DNA of 64,000 nt from Kudoa neothunni (lineage: Eukaryota; Animalia; Cnidaria). The position numbers and the translations under genes were made by a program. The notes beneath the pieces are model-generated. The model saw only the letters and a list, made by a program, of their open reading frames with translations, was not told the DNA's origin and searched no databases. The DNA lies in assembly GCA_964304625.1 (NCBI GenBank), contig OZ199838.1, positions 9,751,541-9,815,540 of the forward strand, given 5' to 3'. This document shows, piece by piece, positions 61,299 to 64,000 of the stretch; positions within the stretch are counted from its first letter, which is position 1, and every line of letters starts with the position of its first letter.

Positions 61299-63541
61299 TT
61301 TTGATTTTTAAGTAAATAGCGCTAATGCCGTGGATTCTTCACGAAATAATATAAAGTGAAATTAAATAATATAAGGTTTGCTCATTAATTCTTATTATAT
61401 AATAAACTTTATATTATTGTCATCAACACGAGTATTTTAAATTGAGTTATCAGTTTCTCAAGAGCTAGTGCCCAGTTTTGACTGGTACAGTGTGATGGGA
61501 AATTTTATTTTTATTTTTCAATAAAGACATTTTACGGAAGAGTTAGTCTAATTAGCACGTTAAACACTGAATTTTATTGTTCCATTTTAATTGATGCATT
61601 TAAAGCTTGTCATCACTTTTGAAATGTGATGATTTAGATAAACGAAATTATGCGCACACTTTCCATTCAAATATAAATAGAGGTATAGAGAGAAATTCAT
61701 GAGTAAGTTAAGTTTATTTTACAAATTATTGACCAAAAATATAACCTTAATTTTAAGAGAAATACAATTAGCTATTAAAGTTCAGTTATTCATGTAACAA
61801 AATCATTAGGTAACTTAAATAAGGCTTTCAGTTCTTTTCAAAATTTTGCGATAAAAATTAATCCTTCTAGTTATAAAATTTATTATTAGTCTAAAAACGA
61901 TAAAAAAAATCAACTCAACCAAAGATGCCTCCGAAATATAAATATTAATTGTTACTCCTTTTTTTCAATTATATAAAGATGTTAATGATGTTTTAAAAAG
62001 CTTTGAGCGGTAGATTAGGTATTCACTATTTTAACATAATTTCCCAATTTTTAAATAAATCCAATCTTGTTTTTTATCAGAAATATTTATTGGTTCAAAA
62101 ATATACACATTTAATTAACAAAATACGATTAAATCAAAAATGTATAGGTGCTTTTGGTTTGAAAAATTACAGTAATGCTTAAACATCAACTGGTTTTCTT
62201 GAAGGAATTCACCCTTTTAAAAATTAACGTACTGTTTGATTGCTCTAAAAAATTTCTTTGTATTGAACTATTCTTAGATTTATAAAACTTTGTGAAAATA
62301 TCGGCCACATCGAATAGACCAATAATTTCTTATTAACTAACATGGCACGTATTAAGAGTGGACTGTATTTTGTGCAAAAGTAATCGTGAATATAAATTCT
62401 TAAACTAAGTATAGAATGTGTCGCATATTTTCTTTCAGCTTTTATATCATAATGAATTAGTTTTAGCGAAAAGGAAATTATATATTGATTTGAATATTAA
62501 TCTTAAGGTTTGGGGGTAAGGAATAATTAGGTTACCAAGAACTTAAACATTATTTAAAAAATTGTCTCATCAAACTTAAAAACTTATCGAAAAGAAAAAT
62601 ACAGTTTCAGTCCCAATCGATATTTTTGATAAAAAGAAATGTTCACATCTCAGGACTTGCAATTGAACATAATTTTCATTTAAGTTATCACAAAAATTTT
62701 AACTATATGAAAACTCTACACACATTTCATATCGTTTTTAGAATACGTATAGACTCAAATTATTCCAACATGGCAACAACTTGTTTTTCTCAAATTATGT
62801 GTTTTATTTAAAATGATCATAATCTATTTTTCTTAGGCAGTGGCTATTGCAACGGGAGGAAATAACTCGAAAACTAACGTGTCTATACAAATTTTAATTT
62901 CTTTTTTATAATCAATGATTTTTTCGCCAAATAATTTCAAATTTTTGGGGAAATATAATATGGTGAAAATTTCAAGGTTGTTATTGAAAATTAAGTAACT
63001 TCATAATGTCATTTTGATTTGATAGATCGTAGGAACACTAAAAAAAGCTTTATAAGACAATAAACTTTTATAATTGCAAAAACTTTATGTAAATCGTATG
63101 CTTTCTATAGTATGAATTACCACGCTCGGGAGTCCGCGCTATTACGTAAGACTTAGTTAACTAGTAGTACTGGTTCTTTCGTTGGTTAACATCCCTCTGA
63201 TTCGATACATGCTATTATGGAGAATTATTAACACATTAATTAAAGATTTTTTCTCGAAATTTATAATATGAATAATGTGTATTAATGTATAACTCATTGT
63301 ATTTAAAGTTGTCTCAATCTACGAAATAAACACAAATCTATGATTTCGAGTTAGATTTATTTATACTATATATAGGACTTTAAAAATAGATTATTTGTTA
63401 AAGATATGGTAGTTTTTAAGTAATAATGTGTCATTTCCTTGATTCGATGTTACGTAGCAATAATTTGAGGGTAATGGGTAATAATTCTCTACATAAAAAC
63501 AAAAATATGATTATTATAATAAAATGAAGATCCTTTTAAGA

Positions 63542-63600
63542 CAGAGTTCGGCAACGACCGGCCCCCGGGACAATTTGGCCCGCAAGGGATGTCATTGATA
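63542..63600 (+). mobile_element. hAT MITE left end
   Basis: cagagttcggcaacgaccggcccccggg...tttggcccgc, a typical Charlie/Buster terminus; right end not seen. Confidence 0.5.
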
Positions 63601-64000
63601 AAGTTAATTTTTTTGACGGTGCTTATATAATTTCCCCAACTTTTAATTTCGATCTCTTCAGCATATAAATAAGCTTAATAGCAATGTGAACTATGTTACT
63701 TAAGTATTATTCCCTTGTTTGAAACATAAAAGTGCTTAAAAAAATAAAGATTAAAATTTTTTCCCGAGTCAAATCCTTACTTATTTTTACTGGTTGTACG
63801 ATATTAGTTTTATTGTAGCTAATGGAAACGTTTAATTATTGCTCTTTACGATTTAGAACAATAATTTGAACATATAAACGTTTAAATTCAGCACCAAAAA
63901 TATCAGGTAAATTATGAAATAAAAAATTGTATAAAACCAGTAATTCCTTCATAAAAATACCGAACATTCACGTTCGTTATGTTTCTTTTTCTCGTTAAGA

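Noticed and set aside
61300-63500. AT-rich terminal region with the 61-aa ORF 62626-62811
   Set aside because: No motif or exon chain recognised; treated as intergenic or old TE debris.
1-64000. CRISPR arrays, rRNA or bona fide tRNA genes, prokaryotic operons
   Set aside because: No regularly spaced direct repeats, no full cloverleaf and no rRNA-like segment were seen; the DNA is eukaryotic.

Overview
AT-rich eukaryotic (animal-type) genomic DNA with very short GT-AG introns (mostly ~35-65 bp, often with weak donors). This suggests a compact-intron invertebrate such as a myxozoan or orthonectid parasite; that is an inference and the taxon cannot be fixed from the sequence. The window has three zones. 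(1) 1-10.7 kb: nested, decayed transposons (LINE RT relic, pogo/Tigger split by a piggyBac, MULE, a long-TIR foldback element, MITEs). (2) 11.1-22.2 kb: a tightly packed gene island of NTF2, NDP kinase, THUMPD1 (hAT element in its last intron), an orphan multi-exon gene and MBLAC1, followed by a structured GC-rich SINE-like or ncRNA-like segment. (3) 24-59 kb: four tandem minus-strand M1 aminopeptidase genes with predicted signal peptides. Only the upstream-most keeps GGMEN + HEXXH-x18-E; the other three show stepwise loss of catalytic residues. They are separated by nested piggyBac/Tigger/hAT/Tc1 elements and by an intact, very compact (3,923 bp) Ty3/Gypsy element with identical 100-bp LTRs, whose single Gag-Pol ORF starts inside the 5' LTR and stops inside the 3' LTR. 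A decayed Merlin element and AT-rich DNA end the window. Gene models were spliced by eye; no database searches were run.
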